Below are positions 43,405 to 53,799 of a stretch of 64,000 nucleotides of DNA, piece after piece. The notes beneath the pieces were generated by a model. That model had not been told where the DNA came from, ran no database searches, and was given only the letters and a program-made list of their open reading frames with translations. The stretch's first letter is position 1. Every line of letters begins with the position of its first letter. The stretch spans positions 896,001-960,000 of the forward strand of contig JBGPIA010000001.1 of assembly GCA_041484665.1 (NCBI GenBank), given 5' to 3'. Source of the DNA: Candidatus Krumholzibacteriia bacterium. GTDB taxonomy: Bacteria > Krumholzibacteriota > Krumholzibacteriia > JAJRXK01. Position numbers and translations under genes: made by a program.

Positions 43405-44622
43405 TCACTCGTACCGTAGGGCTTCGATGGGATCCAGGAGAGAGGCTTTTCGCGCTGGATAGTATCCGAAGAATATCCCCACCGCGACGGAGAACAGAAC
43501 GGCGATGAGGACCGGCTCCACCGACATCTGGATCGGCCACTGCAGCGTCTGGCCGATCACGAAGGATCCAGCGATGCCCAGCAGCACGCCGGCCGCGCCT
43601 CCAACCAGGCTCAGCATGACGGACTCGCCCAAGAACTGCAACTGGATCGCCCCTTCGGTCGCGCCGACGGAGACGCGGACACCTATCTCGCGGGTCCGTT
43701 CCGTGACGGAGACGAGCATGACGTTCATGATCCCGATGCCTCCGACCAAGAGCGAGATCGACGCAATGGCGACCAGAAGGATCGTGAGTGTGCGGCTGGC
43801 CGCGAGTTGGGCCTGCACGATGTCCTCGGGATTGCGGATGTTGAAGTCATCGTCCTCTTCGGGACGCAGATGATGGCGATCCCGGAGCAGCGCTGCTGCC
43901 TCTTGCCCCGCGAGCTTGACCGCGTCCGGTGACACTGCGGAGCATAGGATGTCGTCCAGCCACGCCACTCCTTTGATCTTCTTCTGCGCGGTGGTGTACG
44001 GCAGGAGCACCGTGTCGTCTTGATCTTGGCCGGAGCTGGAGAGCCCCTTCGGCTGGAGAGTCGCGACTACCTTGCAAGGCAGACCTTTGATTCGGACCAC
44101 CTGACCGATGGGGTCCGTGGGGCCGAACAGCTGATCTCGAACGCTCCGGCCGATCGCGCAGACCGCAGCCGCCCGATCGACGTCGTCTTGCGAGAATGCG
44201 GCGCCTAGCGCGATGACCCAGCGTTTGATATCGAAGTATTCGGGCGAGACGCCCCGATAGCTCGTGAACCAGTTCTGGTTGCCGTAGACGATCTGCACCG
44301 AGCCGTCGACGTTCGGCGAGACGCTCTTGATGAGCGCGATTTGATTCTTGATGGCCACTCCATCGGCCAGGGTCAGCGTCTTCGTGCCATGAGTTCCGGT
44401 GCGCACGCCGTTCACCGCGCGCCCTCCGGCTTCGATCCAGACGAAATTGTCCCCGAGATTGTTTAGCTGCTGCTCGACCTGGCGTTGTCCGGCCTTGCCG
44501 ATGGCGACGACGCAGATGACCGCCGCGATCCCGATGGAGATGCCGAGGACCGTCAGCAGGCTTCGCAATTTGTTCCGGAGTAACGCCCATCCAGCGGAGC
44601 GAAGCAGGGCCACGTAGTTCAC
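43405..44622 (-). CDS. MacB-like ABC transporter permease (FtsX family)
   Basis: NKLRSLLTVLGISIG, VGGIGIMNVMLVSVTERTREIG, YPARKASLLDPIEALRYE; GTG start with RBS GGAGG. Confidence 0.92.
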   Translation of the reverse strand: MNYVALLRSAGWALLRNKLRSLLTVLGISIGIAAVICVVAIGKAGQRQVEQQLNNLGDNFVWIEAGGRAVNGVRTGTHGTKTLTLADGVAIKNQIALIKSVSPNVDGSVQIVYGNQNWFTSYRGVSPEYFDIKRWVIALGAAFSQDDVDRAAAVCAIGRSVRDQLFGPTDPIGQVVRIKGLPCKVVATLQPKGLSSSGQDQDDTVLLPYTTAQKKIKGVAWLDDILCSAVSPDAVKLAGQEAAALLRDRHHLRPEEDDDFNIRNPEDIVQAQLAASRTLTILLVAIASISLLVGGIGIMNVMLVSVTERTREIGVRVSVGATEGAIQLQFLGESVMLSLVGGAAGVLLGIAGSFVIGQTLQWPIQMSVEPVLIAVLFSVAVGIFFGYYPARKASLLDPIEALRYE

Positions 44623-44966
44623 GAGTCCTCCGGGAGCGTATCGCTCGCCGCCTTCGGCTCCCGCCGGTGTGGCCGTTTGCCACGCCGGTTTGCACGATCG
44701 TCGCACACCAAAAGCGGGGGTAGCATACCTCTCGCTCCCCCGAATCGCCAGCCCGGGGTCGGCGGAACACTCAGCTTCGTCACTCGAGTTGCACTGCTCC
44801 GACTCGAGCAAGCCCGTGCCTTCCAAGGAGGGAGATCCCTGCGTGGGGTACCCCCCCGCCACGCCTGGCGGTTCGGAGTCCCGCGGCCCAGGGCAGCCGG
44901 ACGAACGGGTTCCGAAAGGCCATATTACCCTCTTTCAGGCAAGCCCATCACTTGGGGTGCCCAGAC

Positions 44967-45125
44967 TGGCCTGCCGCCGTTCGTCGGTCGACTTGCTCTA
45001 CGAGTCCGGCGGCCATTTCTGTCCCTGACAGCAGGCTCCTGATCGGCAGGTTCAGCTCCACTGCTTCTCGGGCTGGCGGACGATACCCCAGCGAGCTCTG
45101 CGGCCGGACGCGATTGTACTCCCGC
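44967..45125 (-). mobile_element. IS3-family remnant (transposase C-terminus and terminal repeat)
   Basis: Minus-strand translation REYNRVRPQSSLGYRPPA matches the IS3 OrfB C-terminal signature; ends in ...GGCAGGCCA. Confidence 0.7.
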
Positions 45126-45260
45126 GTCGCGTCTCAGCGACCAGTCTGGAGCCGTGACCTTGACCGCGCGGCTCGTAATGTGCCGGGTCTCGAGACGGCT
45201 CCGCGCAACCAAGACGTCGGTCCGCGTGGCCATGCGGCGGGTCGGATTCACGCCGACGTT

Positions 45261-46229
45261 TCAGAAGTGCACGGAGAGCAGCGGCAGCGCGCTCGCGCCC
45301 ACCGGCGGCACGGGCAGCCACTCCACAATCAGCGAGTGTTGCACGGCTGGCGCCCTCTGCCCGGGGTCACGCCCGGCCTGCGGCTGTGCCGCCCGGCAGA
45401 CCGCGCCGGCGATCCAGTGGGCCAAGGCGAAACTGGCGATCACGTCGCTGGGGTGATGGCGGTTCCCCTGCACGCGGCTCTCCCCGGTGTACAGGGCTGC
45501 CGCGAACGCTGGCGCTCCCACCCACCAGCCGAGCCGTCGCTGCAGAACCTCAGCCATGGTCCACGCGGCGACCGCGTGCCCGGATGGCAAGGAGTTCAGG
45601 TCACCACCGTCGGGCCTGCGCCGGTCGGTGACCCCCTTCATCACCTGCGAGAGGCCCGCCGAGAGCAAGTGGGCCTCCACCAGTAGCAGGCCGGTGTCGC
45701 GAAGGCGCTGGTCCCGCGCGATGAGGCCGCCGGCTGTGATTGCGAGCGTGAGCGCGGCCTGCGTGCTCCGGTGCCCGATGTGGTAGCCCACGTCGTAGGC
45801 GGCTCCGCCCAGTGGGCGGTGATCCACCACCCACGCGTTCCAATCGTCGTCGCGGAAGGCAACGGCACCGGCCAGGACGCCCCCCGCGGCGGTCTGTAGC
45901 AGAAGATCCCCATCGGCAAGGTGGCGCGCCAGCGCCTGGAAGTGACGCCCGGTGAAGGGGGAGGGCGCGGTCTCGGGAGCAGGACCGGGCACTGTACCAG
46001 GGGCGGGCGGCGCCACCTCCGGAACGGCCGCGGCCGGCCCCGACCAGGCGACGACCCCGGCCACGCAGCAGATCGCACACGCCAGGCGAGCCGCCCACCC
46101 CGCCCGTGCAGTTCTCCAGGTCCGAAGCGATAGGGCCGGCGACAGGTGGGATGCCCGGTGCGCCGCACGGTTGCGGCAACGCTGGGCGAGGGAGAGTGGG
46201 GTGGCAGTCGCACCGCGATGCGTGGCCAT
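45261..46229 (-). CDS. PAP2 family phosphatase
   Basis: KGVTDRRRP, PSGH, SRVQGNRHHPSDV (C1-C3 motifs); start uncertain. Confidence 0.85.
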   Translation of the reverse strand: MATHRGATATPLSLAQRCRNRAAHRASHLSPALSLRTWRTARAGWAARLACAICCVAGVVAWSGPAAAVPEVAPPAPGTVPGPAPETAPSPFTGRHFQALARHLADGDLLLQTAAGGVLAGAVAFRDDDWNAWVVDHRPLGGAAYDVGYHIGHRSTQAALTLAITAGGLIARDQRLRDTGLLLVEAHLLSAGLSQVMKGVTDRRRPDGGDLNSLPSGHAVAAWTMAEVLQRRLGWWVGAPAFAAALYTGESRVQGNRHHPSDVIASFALAHWIAGAVCRAAQPQAGRDPGQRAPAVQHSLIVEWLPVPPVGASALPLLSVHF

Positions 46230-46245
46230 GGTCGCGCAGGCTACT

Positions 46246-47627
46246 TCAGATAGCGAGCAGTTCGCCATCTTCTCGCTGAGTGAGCGCTTCGTCGTGACCG
46301 AGGGAACGCAAACCTTCATTGCTGGACGATGTCCCTTTGCCTGCCAGCCCGCAGGTGAGCAGGTCGTCCGGAGACCCCGCCTGCGGGTGCTCATCGAGGG
46401 GGATCCGCAAGCGGAGCTCGACGCGATGCCCGCTGGCGCGCACGCCTTCCAGCACCAGGCGGATCAAGCGCTGCCGTCCCTCGAAGTCCAGCGCGTCCAT
46501 GGCCGCCACCAAGCGTCGGGCGAACGTGCCGACGCGCGTGCGTAGGCGATTGCCCTGCGCCAGCGCCGCCCTCTGTTGCACCAGCGCCGCGCCGCGCGCT
46601 GGTCCTCGACAGCCTGCTTCCGAGCACCCAGCTCACGCACTCGCCGTTGGAGTTCCACCAAGTTGATCAGGTCTGCCTGGTATAGGTCGACCAACCTCCG
46701 ACGCTCGGCCGCCGCCGACTCGCACTTGCGATCCAAGGCACGCAGCTGCTTCTCCAGCAGATCATCATCGGGCGCCGGTGCTCGCGTGCTGACCGCAATC
46801 TCCCCCACCAGCAGGACCGCGGGTCGCTGCAAGACCTCACGTACACACTCGAAGACATACGCGTCGAGCTCGTCGGCGCGGATGGAACGCTCCGGGCAGC
46901 GACGGTCCATCCCCCCAGCGCGCAACGGATCGCGGTAGCTGCAACGGTAGTAGCGATTCCAGGTGTCTTTGCCCCCGCGCATCGTGTGGCAGCTGACGCC
47001 GACGCCGCAGCGTCCACACTTCACCAAGCCACGCAGCAGCCAACGCCCCGGCTCCGCCCGGCGCGGGCTGAAGCGGCTGTGGTCCCGACTCATGCGCTGC
47101 ACGGCCTCGAAGAGTTCGTCTTGCACGATGCGCGGCACAGCGATCGCGATCCACTCCTGACGTGGACGTGCCCGGCGGCGATCGCGCAGCGAGCGCCCTT
47201 CGCCGCGGGCAGACTCTCCGTACGGTTGTAGTACACCCGGCCCACGTAGGCCTCGTTGCGCAGGAGCCGCGTCAGCGTGGAGCCACCCCACATCGACCTG
47301 CCCTTGGGGGCTGGGACGCCCTCTTGCGCCAGACTCCACACAATCTGCCGCATGGAGCGCCCGTCCGTGACATACGCCTCGAAGATCCGGCGCACCACGG
47401 CCGCCTCGGGCTCGTACACTTCCAGACGGGCGGGCCCCTGGGGTCCCCGCGGGACCCGGCGGTAACCATACGGCGTCTTCCAGGCGATGACTTCCCCCAG
47501 CCGGGACCGATCGAGCTTGCCGCGCCGGTAGCGCTCCGCCATCTTGGCCCGCTCGTACTCGGCGATGACCCCTTGCACCTGCGTCAGAAGACTCGGTGGA
47601 CACCCGCGCGTACACCGCGACGCGCAT
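46246..47627 (-). pseudogene. large serine recombinase, internally deleted and frameshifted
   Basis: MRVAVYARVST jumps directly to LLTQVQGVIAEYERAK (most of the catalytic domain missing); PYGY, LRNEAYVG, LLRGLVKCGRC and YYRC zinc ribbon lie in different frames. Confidence 0.88.
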
Positions 47628-47929
47628 CAGCCCACCTCCCACAGCCCCACCACCTCGTTGGGAGACGGGCAGCTGAGCAGCAGGGCATAGGCCGCTCCCA
47701 GTGCCTCCACGCGCGGGTCGCGGTAGGGGTTCCACGCTGGTCGCGTGGCACCGATCACGGTCGCCATGAAGTCCAGCTCCACCGGCGATCGCGTGATCAA
47801 TCCCGCCAGTCCCATGCGCTCGAACCGCAGTGCGGCACGTCCCAACAACGGCGTTCCGGCGAGGGCGGCCTGGCGCAGCGCCTCGTATTCGGCCTGGGCC
47901 TGCTGGGTCGGGGGCCAGAAGGCGCTCAC
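47627..47929 (-). CDS. small hypothetical protein of the recombinase element
   Basis: Overlaps both neighbours (GTGA, TGATG); contains QAEYEALRQAAL. Confidence 0.65.
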   Translation of the reverse strand: MSAFWPPTQQAQAEYEALRQAALAGTPLLGRAALRFERMGLAGLITRSPVELDFMATVIGATRPAWNPYRDPRVEALGAAYALLLSCPSPNEVVGLWEVG

Positions 47930-48358
47930 CGCCGCCTCGCGCGCTCCACGGTACGCCGGTGCAGACGCACGCCAAATCGCCGCTGGATCTGCTGTGCGAG
48001 CTCCAGGCCCGACAGCGCCGGATCGGCAGCATGCACCTAGGCCACGATCTCACGGGACAGCTTCAGCGGGCCTCGCCGCCCCCGCCGCTCGTCCAGCAGT
48101 CCCAGCATGCCGTCCTCCTCGAACGCCTGCGTGACCAGATAGAAGGCCGCTCGCGAGTAGCCGTGCATCTGCGCGGTGGTGACCACGCTGATGCCGTCCA
48201 CCAGGTGTGCCCGCAGCATCTTGTATTTCACTTGCACCTTGTCGTCTGCCAAAGAAGAAGGGGCGAGCGCCGTCGAACAGGGGCACGATCAAAGCGCGAG
48301 GATGCGGGTGGAGCAGCCCTGCCGAGAGCAGGGCCCGCCGCCGTGTATGCTGTGCCAT
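47926..48358 (-). pseudogene. helix-turn-helix protein of the recombinase element, with a frameshift and an internal TAG
   Basis: GLLHPHP...PFFF / DKVQVKYKMLR...GYSRAAFY...GLLDERRGRRGPLKL * ...FGVRLHRRTVERA. Confidence 0.8.
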
Positions 48359-48678
48359 GGGGGCCACCTCCCGGCGGGCCCGGTAGCGCCGCTGGTCTGG
48401 GATGTCTAGCAGTTTCTGCCGCACGCGCGGAGCGGTGTGACTGCGAGGCGGGGTGCTTCGCTTCAGATAGGCGGATTGCTTCAACAATTCTGCGCACTCC
48501 CGCTCGCTTCCGGCCTCGCTCACGGCGCAGATGGGTCAACACAGCGGTCTTCATTAGTAGATAGAACGGGCCCTGCGCACTGGCGTGCGAAGGGCCTGCG
48601 TCCGAGAGCTCGGGTAGCGATAGAGCCCTGCCTGATCGGCCTCAAACCCCAGCGTCGTCCTGAACATCAGCTTTGCGT

Positions 48679-49160
48679 TCAGCTGGTGACGATGGCGTGC
48701 ACACACGGATTGAAGTTGGCGGCGTAGCTGCCGAACGTCAGCAGCGTGGCCACCGTCCTCACAGCCAGCGTTGGCTCGTCGAAGTACGCGCGCAAGGCCC
48801 GTTGCACGCAGTCGTAGGCGCAGCGGCTCAAGAGCGATAGCAGCCACCGCTCCCGCGCAAACCGCCAGCGCAGCGTGTTGGGGATCGCGAACACCACGCG
48901 GCGGTGCGGCACCGGCGCACGAACCGCCGTGACCAGCCGCTGGCCGAAAAGCGCCGCTCGCTTGGTCTGGCAGCTGGGGCAAACGTTGCGGGTAGGGCAC
49001 CAGAAGACCAGCGGGTGCTTGCCACGGCAGACCCGGCAGTGGATTCGAGCGAAGCCACCGTGCAGCCTGCCGCAGTCGAGGTACTGCTCCACGATCGGAC
49101 GGACATACGGGTGCAGGCGGCCGTCCTTCGGCTCGAAACGCGCCTCGTGCTCGAGTACGC
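48679..49160 (-). pseudogene. IS91-like transposase N-terminal (zinc-binding) fragment
   Basis: YLDCGRLHGGFARIHCRVC...FWCPTRNVCPSC...VPHRRVVFAIP...NFNPCVHAIV; truncated at the degenerate HUH motif. Confidence 0.8.
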
Positions 49161-49468
49161 AGCTGCATGTCCGCTCCGGGCCGAGAGTACAGGCTCAGCT
49201 CCGCGCCGCCGCGGATAGACTTGGAGCGGATGCGCCGCAGGTCCACGACCCCGCTCATCGCCTCTTCCGGCGGGCAGGTCACGACCGCGTTCATGCTGGT
49301 CGCGTCGAGCGTGCCACCGTAGAGGATCACGACGATGCGCGGGAAGGCGACCTCGGGGTAGATCCCTGCCGGCACCGTCAGCAGGCCCCACACCCCGCCC
49401 AGGCAGAGGAGCAAGGTCGCCAGGTAGACCGCGGCGCCATGTCGCTGCGCCAGGTCGGGCAGACTCAC
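49161..49468 (-). pseudogene. truncated RND efflux permease (first about 100 aa)
   Basis: TM1 followed by IYPEVAFPRIVV...EEAMSGV..LRRIRSKSIRG; similar to the start of CDS 54824; cut by the IS91-like fragment. Confidence 0.78.
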
Positions 49469-50139
49469 GGATTCCGGGTCGGCTGGGGGCGCACGTGCAC
49501 GCCGTCCTCGGGCCCGTAGGCGCCGACGGTGATGACGGCGTCGGCGAGGCTGGCGGCGGGGTGTGCGCGAGAGGGCGGTCGAAGCGTACCCGCAGGCCGT
49601 CGGGCTCGGGGAGGACGGGACCGCGCGGGTTCAGCCAGGCGTCGCCGCAGCCCAGCAGGTGGGGTGAAGAGGCGGATCGGGTGCGCCGGGCGTGCACGGA
49701 GCCGGTCGCCGGGGGGAGACACGGCGCGCACACGCAGGCGTGAATCATAGAAGGGCGTGGATGCAACCCCTTATCCGCCGCGCTCGTCCCGGTCGTGCGC
49801 AACTTGGCGCGATCGCTTTGGGGAGAGCGCGGTCGGAGGGGCCGGGCCCGACACGTCCGCGCTGATTCGAGACCAGAAGCAGGCGACACCGCTCTCGCGC
49901 GCTCCACGCCCAGCCCAGCCTGCCCCCATGCTCGACCCGGCGGCGCCTGGTCCACGCGGCACTTCACTCTACCCGGCCGCAGCGCGGATGGCATACACTC
50001 GACGCGATCGCCTGGTTACCTCCTCGCTCGCGCCTTCGCAGGCGGGTCCACACGACGAGTTCAGCACGTCCGGGCCCGCAGGGCGGGGTCGGCACGGCCT
50101 TGTCAGTACGGTTCGTTCCCACCCCCGGCGCTCATCCGC

Positions 50140-50814
50140 ATGAGACTCCTCCTGATCGAAGACAGCGGGCCGACGCGGGAGCTGCTCCAGCATTCACTTG
50201 AATCCCAGTCCCACGTCGTGCAGGCGGCGTCCACCGCGGCAGACGGCCGGCAGCGGGCGCTCCGCGGCGGTTTCGATGTGGTTATCCTCGACATCCAGTT
50301 GCCCGATGGCGATGGCGTGAGTCTGTGCCGTGAACTGAGGTCCGAAGGGGTGACCGCCCCCGTGCTCTTCCTGACCGCCCGGGGCGACGTTGGGGACCGA
50401 ATCGCCGGTCTCGACGCCGGGGGCGACGATTATATGAAGAAGCCCTTCGCGCTGGCCGAGCTCCACGCCCGGCTACGCGCGCTGAGCCGGCGGACCACTG
50501 CGGGCCCGCCCGCCGCGATCGAGGGCGGCGGGCTGTCGATCAACTTCACAGCGCGCAAGTTCGAGCGGCGTGGCCACGAGATCCCCCTCACCGGCAGGGA
50601 ATGGCGCATCCTGGAGATCCTCGCGTCGCGCAAGGCGTGCGTGGTCTCGCGCGACGAGGTTATGGAGGGAGCCTGGGGCAAGGTCGATCGCGCGGCGTCC
50701 GAGAGTCTGGATGTGATCGTCAGCCGCCTGCGCCGCAAGCTGGACAGTGACACTGACGGATGGCGCATCCGCACCGTTCGCGGCGAGGGGTACGTGTTCG
50801 AGCTACAACCATGA
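50140..50814 (+). CDS. OmpR-family response regulator
   Basis: LLLIED, ILDIQLPDGDG, FLTAR, GDDYMKKPF, IRTVRGEGY. Confidence 0.93.
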   Translation: MRLLLIEDSGPTRELLQHSLESQSHVVQAASTAADGRQRALRGGFDVVILDIQLPDGDGVSLCRELRSEGVTAPVLFLTARGDVGDRIAGLDAGGDDYMKKPFALAELHARLRALSRRTTAGPPAAIEGGGLSINFTARKFERRGHEIPLTGREWRILEILASRKACVVSRDEVMEGAWGKVDRAASESLDVIVSRLRRKLDSDTDGWRIRTVRGEGYVFELQP

Positions 50815-52268
50815 GACCGCGCTCCCTGGTCTCGCGCTTGGCCCTTCTCCAGCAAGTCTCGGCCGTGACGATCGTCGCCACGTTTGCCACGTCGGCTCTG
50901 TGGCTTACCAGTCGTGTCCTCCAGCGGGACGAGACCCGGATGCTTCAGGTCGCCGCCCAGCGCATGGCCGAGAACCTCGATCATGAGATCAGCGAAGGCC
51001 GAAGCCTGCCGGCGGCGGCGGGAGAGGCGCTGGCCGAGGAGCCGCCGTCGGAGTTGCGTTGGGAGATTTACAATGCAGACGGCCAGCTGCTGGCGGCCGC
51101 GCCCCGCTTCGGGTCGCCGACGCCGTCGCCCGGGACAGCGCCACCGGTGGCCGGGCTGCGCACGGCTGCGCAGCGGGGCCCCCTCGCGCGCCTTCACGCG
51201 GAAGCCGCGGGCGCGAGCTGTGGCGCGCGTGTGGTGGCATCGGTGTCCACAGCCGAGCGGGCCGCTACGCTCTTGACGCTGACCAGGATCCTGGCCGCGG
51301 CCGCACTGCCTCTGCTCATCGCTACCCTGCTGCTGGGCCGGCGATTGGCCGCCGGTGCTCTGCGTCCCCTCGCGGACATGACGCAGCGGGCGGCCATCCT
51401 GCCAGGGGCGCACGATCCGCGCAGGCTGGGCGATCCGATCGGCCTGGATGAGATCGATCAGCTGACCGAAGCATTCAACCGGCTGCTGTCCCGTCTGGAC
51501 GAACTCCTGCAGAGCGAGCGGCGGTTCGCAGCCGACGCATCGCACGAGCTGCGCACTCCGCTCACCGTGCTGGCAGGGGAGATCGAAGCGGCCCTGGCCC
51601 ACAAGGACCTGCCTGCGCCGGTGCGGGACAACCTGCGGCGCGCCTCCCAGCAGACGCTCCAGATGAGGGAGCTCGTCGAGGCTCTGCTGCTGCTGCGGCG
51701 TACCGGTGGCGGGGTGCCAGGGCAGGAGGCCGGCTTCGAGCCGGTGAACCTTTCGGACGTGGCGCGCGAGGCGCGATCGGCCCTGATCGACCGGCACCCT
51801 GCCCGGGCCGGCGACATTACGCTGGCGGCGCCCGACGAGGTGATGATCGCGGGGAATCCCGCCCTGCTGGCCTCCGCCATCGGCAACCTCCTGGACAACG
51901 CGATCAAATTCACGATGCCAGGCCAAGCCCTCGGCATGCGCGTGGATGTGGAGGGTGCGCATGCGGTGCTGGTCGTTGACGACGCCGGTGCTGGAGTCCG
52001 TCCGGAGGAGCGCGAGCGCATCTTCGACCCCTTCTATCGCGGCGGCTATGCTCGCAGCGCGACTGGCGGCTTCGGGCTGGGCATGCCGATCGTGCGCCAA
52101 GTGGCGCGGGCACACGGCGGCGACGTCACCGCCGGCGTTTCGCCGCTGGGGGGGGCGCGCTTCACGCTCAGCATGCCACCGTGGCCGGGCACCGTGCCGA
52201 GCGCGGTCCCGGTCGGCGCGATCCCGACGGAGGCAATCCCGACCGAGGCAATCCGAACCAACCCTTAA
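50811..52268 (+). CDS. HAMP-domain sensor histidine kinase
   Basis: Two TM segments, HAMP, FAADASHELRTPL, NLLDNAIKF, GFGLG; ATGA overlap. Confidence 0.93.
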   Translation: MRPRSLVSRLALLQQVSAVTIVATFATSALWLTSRVLQRDETRMLQVAAQRMAENLDHEISEGRSLPAAAGEALAEEPPSELRWEIYNADGQLLAAAPRFGSPTPSPGTAPPVAGLRTAAQRGPLARLHAEAAGASCGARVVASVSTAERAATLLTLTRILAAAALPLLIATLLLGRRLAAGALRPLADMTQRAAILPGAHDPRRLGDPIGLDEIDQLTEAFNRLLSRLDELLQSERRFAADASHELRTPLTVLAGEIEAALAHKDLPAPVRDNLRRASQQTLQMRELVEALLLLRRTGGGVPGQEAGFEPVNLSDVAREARSALIDRHPARAGDITLAAPDEVMIAGNPALLASAIGNLLDNAIKFTMPGQALGMRVDVEGAHAVLVVDDAGAGVRPEERERIFDPFYRGGYARSATGGFGLGMPIVRQVARAHGGDVTAGVSPLGGARFTLSMPPWPGTVPSAVPVGAIPTEAIPTEAIRTNP

Positions 52269-52371
52269 CGCCACCCGCCGGGATGGAACCAGCGCTTCCA
52301 CGGCGGGGTTCCATGCGGCGATGATGGGCGAGCGCCCGCGATCCGTGGGCATCTTCAACCCCCCGACCTGG

Positions 52372-53799
52372 ATGGCACGCCAGATGACGAGGTTGCAGAC
52401 GACGCACCGAGCTTGTGCAGTCGTGCTGACCGCGATGACGGCGCTGCTTCCCGGCGCCAGTGCGGCCACGCTTCAGGACGAAGGCGCCACGGCGACCGAT
52501 TCCCTCTCGATCACCCAATGCGTGCAACTGGCGCGCCGTGCGGCGCCCGACGTCTGCGCCACCCGCACCGAGCTTGAGGCCGCACGCCTCGACTCGGCTG
52601 CGGTCCAGCGCAACCGCCGCCCGGAGTTGGCCGTGATCGGCGGGGCACTGGTGGCACCAGATGGCTTCTACGACCCGGTCATCACCAACCTGGGCGAATA
52701 CCAATTGAAAATGGGGGCCCAGTGGCCGCTGGTGGACGGGGGCAGCCGCCGCCGCGCGCGTGACCGCAGCACGCTCACGGCGCAGGGCGCTGCCCTGGAG
52801 CTGGAGCTGTCCCGCCGCCAAGCCGGCCTGCGGGCCGGCGCGCTGGCAGCGGGCATCCTCCAGTTGCGCGAGGTCGAGAGCGCGAAGCGGGAGACGCTCG
52901 ATTGGCTGAACCGGCTGTCCGCGTTGGTCGAAGGTGGTGTGCGCGCCGGCGTGCGTGGCCGTTCCGATCTGCTGCGTGTGGCGTTGGAGCGCAGCGACGT
53001 CCAGACCACCATCGACGGCACGGGAGTCGAGCGGGAAGCCCTCGCGCGCGAGCTCGGGCAGCTGCTAGGGCTGCCGGCCAGCACGCCGCCATTGCTGCGT
53101 ACGCCGGACTCGGCGCAGGACGCAAAGCCGACGGCGGCCGACTCGGCCCGCGTGTTCGCCGCAGTGGCCAACGCGCCGGAGGTCCGGCAAGCTCAGCTCG
53201 CCGCAGCGCTGCATCGCCTGGACGTGGACGACGTGGTCCACCGCAGCGCCCTGCAGCTCGAGCTGGCCGCCGACGCCGGCCTCGCCGGGGCGGATCTCAC
53301 TTCGGCGGTGCCGCCGGATCTGCAAGCCGCAGACCCCAAGGCCACGGTAGTCGATCGGCTGCGGCGCGATCTGGGCGCATCGGTGTCAATTCAGATGCGG
53401 CGGCCACTACTGGATCGCGCGCGCGAGCTGGCCGTCCGCTCGCAGGAGGCAGGCTTGCGTGCAAGCGCACTGCGCCTGGCCGCGGAGCAGCAGGCCCAGA
53501 CGCGGCTGGCCATGGACCTGCTGGCACGCTGGGGGGCCGCCGCACGCCGTGTCGCGTCGGCGCAGCAGACGGCGGAGCAAGCCGAGGAGAATCGACTCAT
53601 GCAGCAAAGCTTGTACGTGTCCGGGGCTACCACACTGCTCGAGCTGCTCGATGCGCGCGGCACGCTGGAAGCAGCCCGCGCGCGCCTAGCCAGCGCCCGC
53701 CTCGATCAGCGGATGGCCCAGCTGGAAGCGGCGGCCCGCGTGGAGGCGGCGGAGTGGGCGGAGATCAATCTGCGGGTGGGAGGGGGGAGCGGACGATGA
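52372..53799 (+). CDS. TolC-family outer membrane protein
   Basis: Signal peptide, amphipathic helices, YVSGATTLLELLDA; first gene of the RND operon; start uncertain. Confidence 0.82.
   Translation: MARQMTRLQTTHRACAVVLTAMTALLPGASAATLQDEGATATDSLSITQCVQLARRAAPDVCATRTELEAARLDSAAVQRNRRPELAVIGGALVAPDGFYDPVITNLGEYQLKMGAQWPLVDGGSRRRARDRSTLTAQGAALELELSRRQAGLRAGALAAGILQLREVESAKRETLDWLNRLSALVEGGVRAGVRGRSDLLRVALERSDVQTTIDGTGVEREALARELGQLLGLPASTPPLLRTPDSAQDAKPTAADSARVFAAVANAPEVRQAQLAAALHRLDVDDVVHRSALQLELAADAGLAGADLTSAVPPDLQAADPKATVVDRLRRDLGASVSIQMRRPLLDRARELAVRSQEAGLRASALRLAAEQQAQTRLAMDLLARWGAAARRVASAQQTAEQAEENRLMQQSLYVSGATTLLELLDARGTLEAARARLASARLDQRMAQLEAAARVEAAEWAEINLRVGGGSGR

Larger units (their letters stand above)
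46244..48470 (-). mobile_element. decayed HTH - small ORF - serine recombinase element bracketed by 10-bp direct repeats
   Basis: Three coupled genes; CTTCAGATAG at 46244-46253 and 48461-48470. Confidence 0.6.

Noticed and set aside
48037..48039. Recoded TAG (pyrrolysine) in the HTH gene
   Set aside because: The gene also has a frameshift and sits in a decayed element; simple pseudogenisation explains it.
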